The notes under the pieces: generated by a model
What the model saw: the letters and a program-made list of their open reading frames with translations, nothing else
Told to the model about the DNA's origin: nothing
The model's database searches: none
Made by a program: the position numbers and the translations under genes
Origin: an uncultured Candidatus Saccharibacteria bacterium
Lineage (GTDB): Bacteria; Patescibacteriota; Minisyncoccia; Phycocordibacterales; JAKAEA01
Assembly: GCA_964577595.1 (NCBI GenBank)
Contig: CAZNZK010000002.1
Span: 86,163 to 150,162 of the forward strand
Length of the DNA: 64,000 bases
Reading direction: 5' to 3'
In this document: positions 28,712 to 38,701 of the stretch, in pieces
Layout: each line of letters opens with the position of its first letter
How positions within the stretch are numbered: position 1 is the first letter of the stretch

Positions 28712-29710
28712 TTATTGACTAACCGCAGTAAAGCCTACACTTACGCCAACATTGCCCGTTTGAAACGGTTTGGCGCTATTAGTGGCCGTTACCGCAACAC
28801 TGGAAGTACCGCTTTGGTTCGCGGGGGGAGCCACCACTAAAACTTGGCCAGTTTGGCTGGTGACGGACGTGCTGTTTATACTCCACTGGAACGTTGCGGT
28901 ATTGGTGTAGGGTGAGGTGCTATCAAAAAAGTAGGGTGTGGCATTAAAGCCCGTTTGGCCCGCCAGGGAGAGTGCAGAGCCAAGGGCTTTATTGAGCAGG
29001 GTGCCGTAAAGAGGGCTCTCTTGGTAGAGAATAACGTTTGGATTGGTGCCGGTGAGCGTAATGCTGTTTTGGGCCGTTAAAGAGCCATCAGCCGATCGGG
29101 CTGTGACTGAGAGGTTAATTGGCTTTAAAAGGATACTGCCAGTAAGTGTGATGGTATTTTTTCCACTGCCGGAGACGTCGGGCATGGCGCCGCCATCAAG
29201 TTGCCAGGTGTAGACCGCATTTTTGGGATTGGTGAGGGCAAAAGTGGGCATGGCCGTAACCGTAATGGTTCCTTGAAATGGAAAAAGTGCTTTGCCTAAA
29301 TAAAAAGGTGGCACATACGAGTGTGCTTGCCACAAAAGATCTACGCCAGCAGGGACAATGGTTGCACTCTGGGTAATGACCGCTCCTTTTGTTGTGGTTA
29401 CTGTAGCGGTCACCGTTGAATGAGAACCTGTTGTACCAGTGGTCATTTGAAACGAGGCCTGCCCCACCCCACTTGCTTGACGAGTGCCGTTAACCGTCCA
29501 AACGATAGTGGCCACATTCAAGTCGTCTTGATAATCCTGCAAAGTAAAACTCACATTCGTGCCCGGCGCTGGGTATTGTGGTGACACAGTCATGCTTAAG
29601 CCGCCCTGGCCAAGTGAGGAAAGCGCGCTAAAATCAACGCTTTGAGCGAGAGCATGCGCGGGAGATAAAAAAGTAAGCGCCGCTACAACCATAAGAGCTG
29701 TCCTTTTCAT
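28712..29710 (-). CDS. Secreted repeat protein (signal peptide, Ig-like beta-rich repeats)
   Basis: Signal peptide MKRTALMVVAALTFLSPAHALA, then Thr/Ser/Gly-rich repeated beta segments. Confidence 0.45.
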   Translation of the reverse strand: MKRTALMVVAALTFLSPAHALAQSVDFSALSSLGQGGLSMTVSPQYPAPGTNVSFTLQDYQDDLNVATIVWTVNGTRQASGVGQASFQMTTGTTGSHSTVTATVTTTKGAVITQSATIVPAGVDLLWQAHSYVPPFYLGKALFPFQGTITVTAMPTFALTNPKNAVYTWQLDGGAMPDVSGSGKNTITLTGSILLKPINLSVTARSADGSLTAQNSITLTGTNPNVILYQESPLYGTLLNKALGSALSLAGQTGFNATPYFFDSTSPYTNTATFQWSINSTSVTSQTGQVLVVAPPANQSGTSSVAVTATNSAKPFQTGNVGVSVGFTAVSQ

Positions 29711-29747
29711 AGCTCTATTTTAGCATATTGACACCCCCCACAACTGT

Positions 29748-30122
29748 TTAAATGGAGTAATCTAAATGGTTCTGTTGTTGTAGCCACGCTCCGTATTCTT
29801 TAAGTTGCGTATGATATCTGGCGCGCGCAGCCGCATATACTGCAAGCACATCTACTACCCAGCCTAAAATATCAGCATATGGTATAAGACCAACAATAAA
29901 TCCTAGAACATAGCCAGCAATCACACCTTTCGTGTATTTAACGCCGATAATTTTGTACCAGAAACCAAAAATAGCGCCAATAAAAAAATCACCAACCCCA
30001 CTCGCTACCCAACCTGCAAAGGGAAGAAAATCTACGCCGAATTGGATCAGATCCACCAATACTGCAAACATAAGCAAGAGCGTCAGCATCCCTTTACTGA
30101 TAGGCATCTTAGGTTTCTGCAT
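29748..30122 (-). CDS. Small polytopic membrane protein
   Basis: 124 aa with 3-4 hydrophobic segments. It ends 2 nt upstream of the VirB4 fragment. Confidence 0.4.
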   Translation of the reverse strand: MQKPKMPISKGMLTLLLMFAVLVDLIQFGVDFLPFAGWVASGVGDFFIGAIFGFWYKIIGVKYTKGVIAGYVLGFIVGLIPYADILGWVVDVLAVYAAARARYHTQLKEYGAWLQQQNHLDYSI

Positions 30123-30123
30123 G

Positions 30124-31917
30124 TTATTTCAAATCCTCTTTAGCTTTTTTGATGGCGAAAATTTGGGAAGGGTCGGATGTGATGATTTGGTCTTCTGTGT
30201 AGGAGGCGATGACTTTAATGGCGACGTGCTTGAGGCCGGCGAAGAAAATGCCCTCCCCTACGCCGGATTCCAATAAGAGGTATTTCTCCTCATCGGTAAG
30301 GTTGAAGGTTTGCTGGAGTTTGTCTATCGCGGTCGGTGACTGCTTCATTAGGAATTGTATAGAAGAGTTGGTAATAATAGGAATGCCATAAGGCGAACCA
30401 AGGAAATCGCCGACGTCCTGAGTGATAGTGGCGATGCCAAGGTAGTATTTGCGGCCACGTTTCACCAAGCTCATCAAAAATGAAGCCGTGTCTTCGGAGC
30501 GCATCATCCACCAAGCCTCGTCAATTACCAGGAGTCGCTTTTTAATGTTGCGACGAATACTGTTCCAGATGTAATGGGTAACAATATACATGGCAATAGG
30601 CTTGAGTTCATCTTCCATGTCACGCACTGAAAACACCACAAACTTTTTATTAACGTCCACGTTGGAAGGGTTGTTGAGAAAGCCCGCCCAGGTGCCCTTG
30701 GTGTATTTAGTGAGGCGCTGAGCGAGCGAGGCGCCCCCTTCCATGCCGGCAAGCACAAGCTCAAAATCGGAAAGGAGTGGCGGGTCAATGTTAGTGAAAT
30801 TGTTTTCCGGCGTAATATCCTTAAGCGCGTAGGTTTCGCTAATGGCACGGTCAATGATGGCGTCTTCTTCGGGCGTGAGGCCGCCCATCATCAAGCGAAA
30901 GAGGCCAACAAGGTTAATGATGTTGGAGCGCAACACTTCAGCAGGCGACTCGTCGGCAAGTACGGGCGGCAATTCAAAAGGGTTGATATGGTTCTCGGAG
31001 TTGAGGGAAATATTGAAATAGCGCCCGCCGGTCGCTTCGGCAAGGTATTCGTATTCCCTCTCGGGGTCAATGACAATAACTTCAGTATCAAACATAAGCG
31101 TGCGCAGGATTTCCAGCTTGGTGGCATAGCTTTTACCGGCGCCGCTCTTCGCGAAGGTGATGGAGTTGTAGTTTTCCAACGAGAAGCGGTCAAAAAGCAC
31201 CAATGAGGAATTGTGGCGATTAATGCCGTAAAGAATACCTTTGTCACTGGTTAGATCAAAAGAAATGAAGGGAAAAACACTCGCCAGGGTGGACGAATTG
31301 ATTTTTGAATTTACCGCCAGCTCATCATTAGCCAGGGGTAACATGGTACGAAAGCCTGTTTCTTGCTGAAAAAGGGCTGGCTTCACATAGATAAGCTTTG
31401 ATTCTAGGATGGATTTTATTTCGGACTCTATTTTGTCCAACTCGGCTTCAGTTTCGCCGTAGACGGAAATATAGAGGCCGACATCAAAAAGCTTTTCTTG
31501 AGCTTGCTGGAGCGAGTCGCGTAAACCCTCTAAGTCTTGGTACGCGGTATCAAGCATGGGGTCGCGCACCAGGCCTTTTTCCTCGCGCATGGAAATTTGG
31601 CTTTGTACCTCAGCTACTTTTTTCTGGAAGTGGCGCAAAATAGTGGCGGTGTCTATAGGGTGGAAGAAAATGGAGATATCAAAGACGCGATCAAGGTCAA
31701 TGATGGGGGCGAACCAGTCTTCTGAAAGAAAACGTGGATAGGAAATGACGAAGAAGGTGCGCATAATTTTGTCACCAAGCGAGAGCGAGCGCGGGCCTAC
31801 TTTCAGGGCCGACGGCGCTAAAATGTCTTTAAATTCAAGGTTGGAGGCGCGGTACAGCTCGGCGGGCAGGGCGACGCTCGTGGCTAATTTTTCTGTTTTT
31901 TTGCCAAATCCAAACAT
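30124..31917 (-). CDS. VirB4/TrsE/PrgJ-family T4SS ATPase, C-terminal (ATPase) part; frame-split from the N-terminal part
   Basis: Walker A FAKSGAGKSY, Walker B LLVIDEAWWM, and an Arg-finger region. The ATG at 31915-31917 lies 1 nt from the upstream fragment's stop. Confidence 0.8.
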   Translation of the reverse strand: MFGFGKKTEKLATSVALPAELYRASNLEFKDILAPSALKVGPRSLSLGDKIMRTFFVISYPRFLSEDWFAPIIDLDRVFDISIFFHPIDTATILRHFQKKVAEVQSQISMREEKGLVRDPMLDTAYQDLEGLRDSLQQAQEKLFDVGLYISVYGETEAELDKIESEIKSILESKLIYVKPALFQQETGFRTMLPLANDELAVNSKINSSTLASVFPFISFDLTSDKGILYGINRHNSSLVLFDRFSLENYNSITFAKSGAGKSYATKLEILRTLMFDTEVIVIDPEREYEYLAEATGGRYFNISLNSENHINPFELPPVLADESPAEVLRSNIINLVGLFRLMMGGLTPEEDAIIDRAISETYALKDITPENNFTNIDPPLLSDFELVLAGMEGGASLAQRLTKYTKGTWAGFLNNPSNVDVNKKFVVFSVRDMEDELKPIAMYIVTHYIWNSIRRNIKKRLLVIDEAWWMMRSEDTASFLMSLVKRGRKYYLGIATITQDVGDFLGSPYGIPIITNSSIQFLMKQSPTAIDKLQQTFNLTDEEKYLLLESGVGEGIFFAGLKHVAIKVIASYTEDQIITSDPSQIFAIKKAKEDLK

Positions 31918-31918
31918 A

Positions 31919-32560
31919 TTAATTGCTTAATTTAATTGGTTTTTCTGTTTCTCCAGGGTTGAAGAGCTTGTAGAACAGCTCGGTGATTTCCTCGGGGCCG
32001 AGCTCGGCGGCCCGCAGGCCACAGCGCGTCAAGCCACCTTCTACCACCGCCACCCGCTCCTCAAGCTGTACACGGTGCTCTTCAAATGCTTCAGCGTCAT
32101 TTTTAGCTTTTTCGGCCACAGTTTTTCTGCCAAAACTAAAGAAGCGGCCGGCTGACTTGCTGTTCAGTGTTGCTGGCGTGTATGGGATCACAATAAAAAA
32201 ACTCTTACTCATAATATTGTGTGTCTCGGTAAAATCTTTGACGAAGCCGATATATTCTTGAATTTGTACCTTCATAAGGTCGTCCACCTGCTCTTTAAGG
32301 CGCTGGTCGAGAAGGGCCAGGTAGGGCCGGATATCAAGTTTGCGCGATTGGACAAAAATTTGAATGGAAAAATCCAGCGAGTTCAGGAGGTTTTGAAATT
32401 GGTAGAGAATGGCCTGCTGTTCATCTGGCGATTTAAGGGCGAAGTTGAGAGAAGAAACAAAAAGGATAGCTCGCAAAGAGCCATCCTTCAGAATGGCGGC
32501 TGTATCACGGATTTCTTGGATAGGAACAAATTCTTGAGTTGGTTTGCCGAGAGTGGCCAT
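31919..32560 (-). CDS. VirB4/TrsE/PrgJ-family T4SS ATPase, N-terminal domain fragment
   Basis: FVPIQEIRDTAAILKDGSLRAILFVSSLNFALKSPDEQQAILYQFQNLLNSL follows the N-domain pattern of Gram-positive VirB4 homologues. The two fragments together total about 810 aa. Confidence 0.7.
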   Translation of the reverse strand: MATLGKPTQEFVPIQEIRDTAAILKDGSLRAILFVSSLNFALKSPDEQQAILYQFQNLLNSLDFSIQIFVQSRKLDIRPYLALLDQRLKEQVDDLMKVQIQEYIGFVKDFTETHNIMSKSFFIVIPYTPATLNSKSAGRFFSFGRKTVAEKAKNDAEAFEEHRVQLEERVAVVEGGLTRCGLRAAELGPEEITELFYKLFNPGETEKPIKLSN

Positions 32561-32613
32561 GCCGCTATTGTAGCATTTTTATCCAGCACCACTCAGTTTT
32601 TAGCTCAAAAGCG

Positions 32614-33051
32614 CTACTTTGTATTTGTCCTGGCATCGCTCGTTACGGGGTTTTCCGCCTGGCGCACGTCTAAAGTCCAGGCCAAATCCTTCAACTTGCT
32701 GTCGCCGAGCTTTGGAATGAATGAGGTTGGCATTTCTGTTTCATTTTCCGCTGTTGGCAGAGCCACATTCTGTTCCTCCTTGTGCCAGATGTAGAGCTTG
32801 GGGTGGAGTGTGTAGTTGAACCATGATTCCATAGCGAATATAAAAGGCCGATTATTGATTTTATAGAAAGCTAAAGCCAGAGAAAATCCCAGAATTACTA
32901 AAATTGGCACAGTAAAAAGATACCAGGGCAAAAAAAGATATAGAGCAATAGAGGCGCCAATACCGCCAGCCACGTAAATAAATTGCTTTAGGGTGAGTGG
33001 CCCGAAGATTTTATCCTCAACCTCAATGAATTGTGGTACTTGGTAACGCAT
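32614..33051 (-). CDS. PrgI/VirB3-like small membrane protein
   Basis: QFIEVEDKIFGPLTLKQFIYVAGGIGASIALYLF is the typical PrgI-family N-terminus plus a TM hairpin. It sits immediately upstream of VirB4. Confidence 0.55.
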   Translation of the reverse strand: MRYQVPQFIEVEDKIFGPLTLKQFIYVAGGIGASIALYLFLPWYLFTVPILVILGFSLALAFYKINNRPFIFAMESWFNYTLHPKLYIWHKEEQNVALPTAENETEMPTSFIPKLGDSKLKDLAWTLDVRQAENPVTSDARTNTK

Positions 33052-33068
33052 GTGTGCTTATTATAGCA

Positions 33069-33986
33069 CTACGGTAAGGGCTGTTCGCGATAGGGGTCAT
33101 AACCTTTTGGGTATGGTTTGGGTTGTTGTGTCGTTGACGGAATGGGTGGAGGTGTCGGCTTGGGCGGAATAGATGGGGTTGGTGTGGGTGGTGGCGTCAT
33201 CAGCACCTCTTTTTGCGGAATGTTCACCGGTCGGGCGAGCTTTGCCAACTCAATCGGCCCCTCATATTTTTCCAATACGGGCAGGTTGGGTGGTGGCGGG
33301 GCAGTTTTTATCGGAGTGACGGGGATTGCGGGGGTTTGAGTAGTGGAAGCTACGGGGGTTGGGGCGGTGGGATTAGTGACGACGGAGGTTTTCGTCGCGG
33401 CACTTGCGGCGGCCCGTTCCCCTGCCGTGGCCATACTTTGGTTGCCCAAGCTATCTAGTTTTTTAATGAATGAATCCGCCGTCGGTGTGTCTTTTAGTTT
33501 ATTCAATTCAATTTGCGAACGTGGCAATACCGACGTGTAGCTGGACGCCGGTTTCTCCACTCCATTTCCGTAATTGGGAAGCCCCACGAATTTTCGCACT
33601 TCGCCCGCTGGACGTGGTTGGATGGCTTGAGATGTTTTGAGTGGAGTTGGCGATTTCTCATCTATTTCTTTCATTGCTTGATTGTAAAGATCGTAGGCCT
33701 TAAGCATTATTTTGTCCCCCACTTCTCCAAACAACCGCCCCGCCTCCTCTTTAGAAAAATCAAATTTTTCCTGAGCCGAAGCAATAAAATTATCCGCAGA
33801 AGCCATCGCTACCAACAAGGCAAATACACCACGTCGGAACTCTCTTTTGTCTGATTCGTCGGTTAGAGAAAAAGCGTTAGCCACATCTTGGAGCTTTTCC
33901 ATAACTTCGTCGCTCAGAATATAGTCCTGAACAGTGGGGGGTACTCCCTCAAACGCCTTTTGCAATTGTTCGTTGGTGTAGTTCAT
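33069..33986 (-). CDS. Hypothetical protein with a proline-rich C-terminus
   Basis: 305 aa. The C-terminal third is Pro/Thr-rich (PPPPNLP...PPTPTPSIPPKPTPPPIP). Confidence 0.45.
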   Translation of the reverse strand: MNYTNEQLQKAFEGVPPTVQDYILSDEVMEKLQDVANAFSLTDESDKREFRRGVFALLVAMASADNFIASAQEKFDFSKEEAGRLFGEVGDKIMLKAYDLYNQAMKEIDEKSPTPLKTSQAIQPRPAGEVRKFVGLPNYGNGVEKPASSYTSVLPRSQIELNKLKDTPTADSFIKKLDSLGNQSMATAGERAAASAATKTSVVTNPTAPTPVASTTQTPAIPVTPIKTAPPPPNLPVLEKYEGPIELAKLARPVNIPQKEVLMTPPPTPTPSIPPKPTPPPIPSTTQQPKPYPKGYDPYREQPLP

Positions 33987-33989
33987 GTA

Positions 33990-36551
33990 TTAACGTGTTG
34001 ACTGTGGTGGTGTGGGTGGATTCTGAATAGGGGGCGGTTGTACTGGGGGTGGCTGTACTGGCGGAATTGGCCCAGCGGTTGCTTTGATTGGAGGAACTCT
34101 TACGGGGGTCTGTTGTGTCTCCTTCAAATCATATTCTCCCTTACTGTCGAGGCTTCCTATTATTTGCTGTGGTCCTTGATTTTTGTCTTGATCGGCAGAT
34201 TTCTTCCGTACTTCTGTGGGGGGCACGGGTGTTTTTTCAGTGTCCTGGGGTTTTGGAGTTTGTGTTTTCGCTCCCGCTTGGGTTTTTTGAAGCGCTTTAC
34301 GGTCTGCCTCGCTAAGATCCTTAGACTTCAAGAAGTTCTTCTGAACGTGTTCGGGCAGATATTTAAAGCCACCTCTCTGGGCATCTTTGGGTAGTTTTGA
34401 AAGGTCTTTATCGGGTACGCTTTCAATCGCTGCTTGGATACCCGCTTCATCCCCGGCGGCAATTGCGTCTCTAATGTTGTCGGCATATCCTTCAGTTCTT
34501 TCCTTGTCTTCCGCTCCCTTATCCGCGGCCTTTTCTTTCGTTAAGAAACGATCAACAGCACCCTCAACGGAAGCTTTGTGCATACCACTCACCAAACTCA
34601 CTCTAGTGGAGTGGTCGGCCCAGTGAGTTAATAGGCCAGTTTGACCAGCTTTCCTTTCATTATCACGTATCTTTTCGGTTTTCTTGATATCAGTTTCAGT
34701 ATCTCTAACGCTCTTGGATAGTGCGTCTCTCTTGTCGCGATATATTTTTCTTGCGGCCTGCTTCGCAATTTGTCTTTCTTGTTCAGTAAGATTTCTTTCT
34801 TGTCCTGTTTGTTGGTCAACAACTTTCTGCCCAGCCAGTTTATTGTTCAATCTCTCCTCGGATATTTCCTGTGCCGTGGCTATATGCTTAGCTAGCTCAA
34901 GTCTTGTCGCAGACAATTTACTCTTTGAGTTCTGGAGATCTTCCATAGTTTTCTGTGTCGCCGCTCCGCCCTTTTTCGCGTACTCAACAAGCTCTTTTTC
35001 TTCAGCTTCAACACGGGTTCTATACCCACCCTCCACGCCCTTATTAACCGTGAGACCGGCTTTGGTGCTCAAATTTTGGAAAGTCTTGGTGTTGCGAAGG
35101 TCGCCACTAGCGTCTCTAACGGCAGTTGCTCTCTTGTCTAATTGTCTGCCAATGGCGCGTGTTACGAAGTTGTTGGATGTTCTCATGCCCCGAATTTTCT
35201 CGCCAAATTGACTACCATCGCCGGTAAGTTTTTCAGCAGCCGCGCCCACGGTGCCGCGGTATGCTTTTCCACCTAGAGCCGCGGCGCCATTTACTGCAAA
35301 TCCGGAAATTTTATTCACGGCCTTCCCCACCAACGCATTGCCGTAGGAAGCGGCGGTGACGGCAAGGTAGAGGGCGGCAACCATGAGGCCGATGATAGTG
35401 AGGAAGAAGAGAATTTGATCCACACCTGTGCCACTAGTAAGGACGGTAGCAAAACTATTCGAGGCGGCCACCTGACCATTAGGTGCGAGGAGGCTGTTAA
35501 CCAAGTTGGTCACTTGAAATCCTCTATTAATCAAAAGTGCCACAAACCAAATGAGCAACATATACACAATTCCAAAAGTCAGTTGGCCAGCAAGCATTCG
35601 CCACCATTTTGAGGCGTTTTCTTGTGTGCTGGGTAGAGCAAAAAATAAAAAGGCCAGAGGCGAAAGAACCATGAGAAATATAAGGAGAATGAAGCGTGTT
35701 AGGAATAATATGGCTACGGCGCCGAAGGTGACAGCAGTAATTAGAAGAAAAATAGAGCCACCAATACCGACAAGAAGGATGGTGCCGAAGCTTAGGTTGG
35801 ACAAACTAGTGATGGCACTTGCGGAACTGGAGGCGCCTGCTTGAGAGAATGCATAAATAGTGCTCAACCCTAAAGGTTTGGCAAAGACGGTAGTAAAAGA
35901 ATCTGGCGTATGTAGGCCGTTGATGGTAGTGACCGTGGCGCCACTGCTGTGAAGGGTTAAATTATAGAATGCGAGAGTAAAAATGTTGGACCCATCAATA
36001 AGTAGTTTTGTGAAGAATAAACTGAAGTTCACCAAAAGGGCGACAATAATGAGGTTACGAATGATTCGCTTCGTGTCGTCGCCACCCTGACCAATGATTG
36101 TCTTTATGGCAACGTAAATTGCCATAAAAATGAAAACAATATTACCAAGACTTCGCACGTCAGCCCAAAGCGTATTGATTATTGAAGAACTTCCTAAATT
36201 TGCCATTAGATTGACCACGGTGACTCTCAGTACTTCGTCAAAAAGCGAGCCAACCAGGGTGACAATCCAACTACTTATAAAGAGTCCTGTGTAAGCAGAT
36301 CTGGCGAGCGATTGGCTGATTATGTCCCGCAAAGAAGCGAGAATTGATTGATCGACGCTATTAGCGACTGCTTGTACAGGATTTGGGAGGAGTGCTCCCA
36401 AAGGGCCAGTGGCCGCGGCTAAGGCTGCTCCCGTAAGTGTTGGGCCTTGTTGCGCATGCGCGGTTAGAGGTGTTGTGATAGAAGAAAAAACCGTTATTAC
36501 AACGAAACATAAAAGTGTACCCAGAATAATTTTAGAAGTAATCAGTCGCAT
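33990..36551 (-). CDS. VirB6/TrbL-like polytopic membrane protein with a long coiled-coil and proline-rich C-terminal region
   Basis: Signal/TM N-terminus, at least 6 TM helices in the first 400 aa, then a charged coiled-coil region and a PPxQPPP tail. Confidence 0.55.
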   Translation of the reverse strand: MRLITSKIILGTLLCFVVITVFSSITTPLTAHAQQGPTLTGAALAAATGPLGALLPNPVQAVANSVDQSILASLRDIISQSLARSAYTGLFISSWIVTLVGSLFDEVLRVTVVNLMANLGSSSIINTLWADVRSLGNIVFIFMAIYVAIKTIIGQGGDDTKRIIRNLIIVALLVNFSLFFTKLLIDGSNIFTLAFYNLTLHSSGATVTTINGLHTPDSFTTVFAKPLGLSTIYAFSQAGASSSASAITSLSNLSFGTILLVGIGGSIFLLITAVTFGAVAILFLTRFILLIFLMVLSPLAFLFFALPSTQENASKWWRMLAGQLTFGIVYMLLIWFVALLINRGFQVTNLVNSLLAPNGQVAASNSFATVLTSGTGVDQILFFLTIIGLMVAALYLAVTAASYGNALVGKAVNKISGFAVNGAAALGGKAYRGTVGAAAEKLTGDGSQFGEKIRGMRTSNNFVTRAIGRQLDKRATAVRDASGDLRNTKTFQNLSTKAGLTVNKGVEGGYRTRVEAEEKELVEYAKKGGAATQKTMEDLQNSKSKLSATRLELAKHIATAQEISEERLNNKLAGQKVVDQQTGQERNLTEQERQIAKQAARKIYRDKRDALSKSVRDTETDIKKTEKIRDNERKAGQTGLLTHWADHSTRVSLVSGMHKASVEGAVDRFLTKEKAADKGAEDKERTEGYADNIRDAIAAGDEAGIQAAIESVPDKDLSKLPKDAQRGGFKYLPEHVQKNFLKSKDLSEADRKALQKTQAGAKTQTPKPQDTEKTPVPPTEVRKKSADQDKNQGPQQIIGSLDSKGEYDLKETQQTPVRVPPIKATAGPIPPVQPPPVQPPPIQNPPTPPQSTR

Positions 36552-36553
36552 GT

Positions 36554-38701
36554 TTATTGAGCGTATGGCGCTGAAGGCGTGGCGGATGTTGCCGCGCTGG
36601 CGCCACTTATGGCCTCAACCGTGCGGCTGGCGCTGCTGACAACGCCATAAGGATCGGTGGCGGTGTAGGTGATGGTGTACTGCTGGCCGTTGGCAAGGGT
36701 GGTACCGGGGTCAACGATACTCGTGCCGCTACTGTACGAAACCGTGATAGGAGTGCTTGAACCTGTGGCATCAACGGCAGTGGCTCCCGCATCGTAGGTG
36801 CTGAGCGGCTGACCAACGGAGCCAATAATGGAGGGTTGACCGTTCATGGTAATGGTTGGGCCATTGTCTTCAAATACCTGTACTTCCGCCAGTTGGAGCG
36901 AGCCTACTGTTACTCCCTGAATAGTCACATAGCGGCCAGAGACAGCTTGCGGCAAAATGAGCGTGTAGGGATTTCCCGCAATAGTAGGCATTACTGGAAT
37001 GCCGGCCAGGGCGCTATCCCAAACCACCGAGTTGTTTTGATCGCTGACGACTACTTTGAATGTGGCTGGCACATTGCTAACACCGGGGCCAAGATCCCAG
37101 CCGTCACCAGAGGAGATGTTGTGTGGGTATATGACTATCTTGAAGAGGTTATCGGTTTGTTGGCCAAGGTCTATTACGAAGGAACCTTTTTGCGAAGATG
37201 GCGAGGTGATGGCACCACTCCACGTGCCGCCGTGTCCGCTTTCGCCGCCCATTGCAGTGTTGCCGTCGGTAAGGTTGGCCGCATCGTATGTGGGGCGGGC
37301 CGTCGGTGAAGCAGTAACCATTTTCCCTTGGGTGACGTTGGTGGAGCCGCCAGTGGTGCCAGGTGTCTGATTAATGGTTTGTGTGCCGACATTTTGCAAC
37401 TGAGTGGTTGTAGTGTTTTCTTCAGCCTGAGAAATAGCCGTTTCTGCCGTAGAGCTAGCCTGGGCTTCAGCGGCTATTTGCGCCCATACTCCCGAGCTTA
37501 CTCCCCCGCCGCCACCTCCCGCTGAAGCAATTCCGCCCGCGCCTAAGCCTAAAGCGCCCAACCCTGTTTTAAGAAGCTCATTGAAAAGCGCGTTGAAGAT
37601 TTTATCCAAGTCATCGGCGACGCCAAGCTGGTCGGCGGGCACATTCAGTTGATTTTGCAGGGTGTCGGCAATGGTTTTGCCGGGCGTTGTGATGGTGCAG
37701 GAGTCGCTGGCAGGGTCGGAAGAAATGTCGTTCCCAAGAGAATCTCTTCCAATTACTGTTGAGCCGGCACTGGCATTTGCGGGCGCTTTCGTGCCCGAGC
37801 CAACGGTTGCGGAAACAGATACCCCATTTCCTCCCGGTTTCACGTATTTATAGGTTACAGGATCAGCGTGACTCGGGTATTCTGTGTGCGTGCAGTCTTG
37901 TTGTGATAAAAAGCCGCTACCCCAATTTAATTGGGATGAAACAGTATTAACCTGATCAACGATTTGGTTCTCTATACTATTTACCGACGATAAAAAAGCG
38001 CCATACGGGTTGCTTTGATCATTCATGGCTGTAGCCAAAAAACTTCCCCAGTCTTGAAAATTACTCGGGTCGCTTTCAGCATTGGCGGTTGCACAAATAT
38101 TACTGGAACCGGAAGATGATTGAGACTGAGAAACGTCGCCTCCGCCGCCAGTGCCGCTGACATTTAGATTGATACCAAAATTCGCGGCCAGGCCGGCGAG
38201 CAGTTGTGCTTTAAAGGGGCTACATATATTGACGCCGATACCGTTGTTGATGCCGGCAAGTGCTCCGGCGACAACTTGGTCGCCAATATTTTGGAACATC
38301 TTCCCCGGATCGCCCACAAAAGCCGCCGAGCCGTGGAAGCCGCTATTAATGTAACTGACGATTTGGTTGGTCATTTGCGTAAGGAGCATTTTGCCGATCA
38401 TAAGCGCTAAGCCGTGCTCGATACAGTCTTTGAAAAAATTTTGCAGGCCATTGCCGGCGGAAATCATTTGGCTGCTTATTTGGCCGTTTGCTCCTATCGG
38501 CACACCCATGATTGCCGCCTGCGCTTGCATAGTGATGGAAGTGGCCGCCGCTGTTGCATAACCACTGATACAGCCGGAAACTGTCGCCTGGGCGGTCGGT
38601 GGTGGTATAAAAGCAAAAACACTTGGAACGGCAACGGCAATTGCCAGCACTATCGCCAGCAATTTTTGTCCCACTGTTTTGTTAGTATAAAAAAAGTTCA
38701 T
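36554..38701 (-). CDS. Large secreted/surface protein with an F5/8 type C (discoidin)-like domain
   Basis: N-terminal signal-anchor, a Gly/Ser-rich region, and a discoidin-like segment (TYDAANLTDGNTAMGGESGHGGTWSGA...GRYVTIQGV...LAEVQVFED). Confidence 0.55.
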   Translation of the reverse strand: MNFFYTNKTVGQKLLAIVLAIAVAVPSVFAFIPPPTAQATVSGCISGYATAAATSITMQAQAAIMGVPIGANGQISSQMISAGNGLQNFFKDCIEHGLALMIGKMLLTQMTNQIVSYINSGFHGSAAFVGDPGKMFQNIGDQVVAGALAGINNGIGVNICSPFKAQLLAGLAANFGINLNVSGTGGGGDVSQSQSSSGSSNICATANAESDPSNFQDWGSFLATAMNDQSNPYGAFLSSVNSIENQIVDQVNTVSSQLNWGSGFLSQQDCTHTEYPSHADPVTYKYVKPGGNGVSVSATVGSGTKAPANASAGSTVIGRDSLGNDISSDPASDSCTITTPGKTIADTLQNQLNVPADQLGVADDLDKIFNALFNELLKTGLGALGLGAGGIASAGGGGGGVSSGVWAQIAAEAQASSTAETAISQAEENTTTTQLQNVGTQTINQTPGTTGGSTNVTQGKMVTASPTARPTYDAANLTDGNTAMGGESGHGGTWSGAITSPSSQKGSFVIDLGQQTDNLFKIVIYPHNISSGDGWDLGPGVSNVPATFKVVVSDQNNSVVWDSALAGIPVMPTIAGNPYTLILPQAVSGRYVTIQGVTVGSLQLAEVQVFEDNGPTITMNGQPSIIGSVGQPLSTYDAGATAVDATGSSTPITVSYSSGTSIVDPGTTLANGQQYTITYTATDPYGVVSSASRTVEAISGASAATSATPSAPYAQ

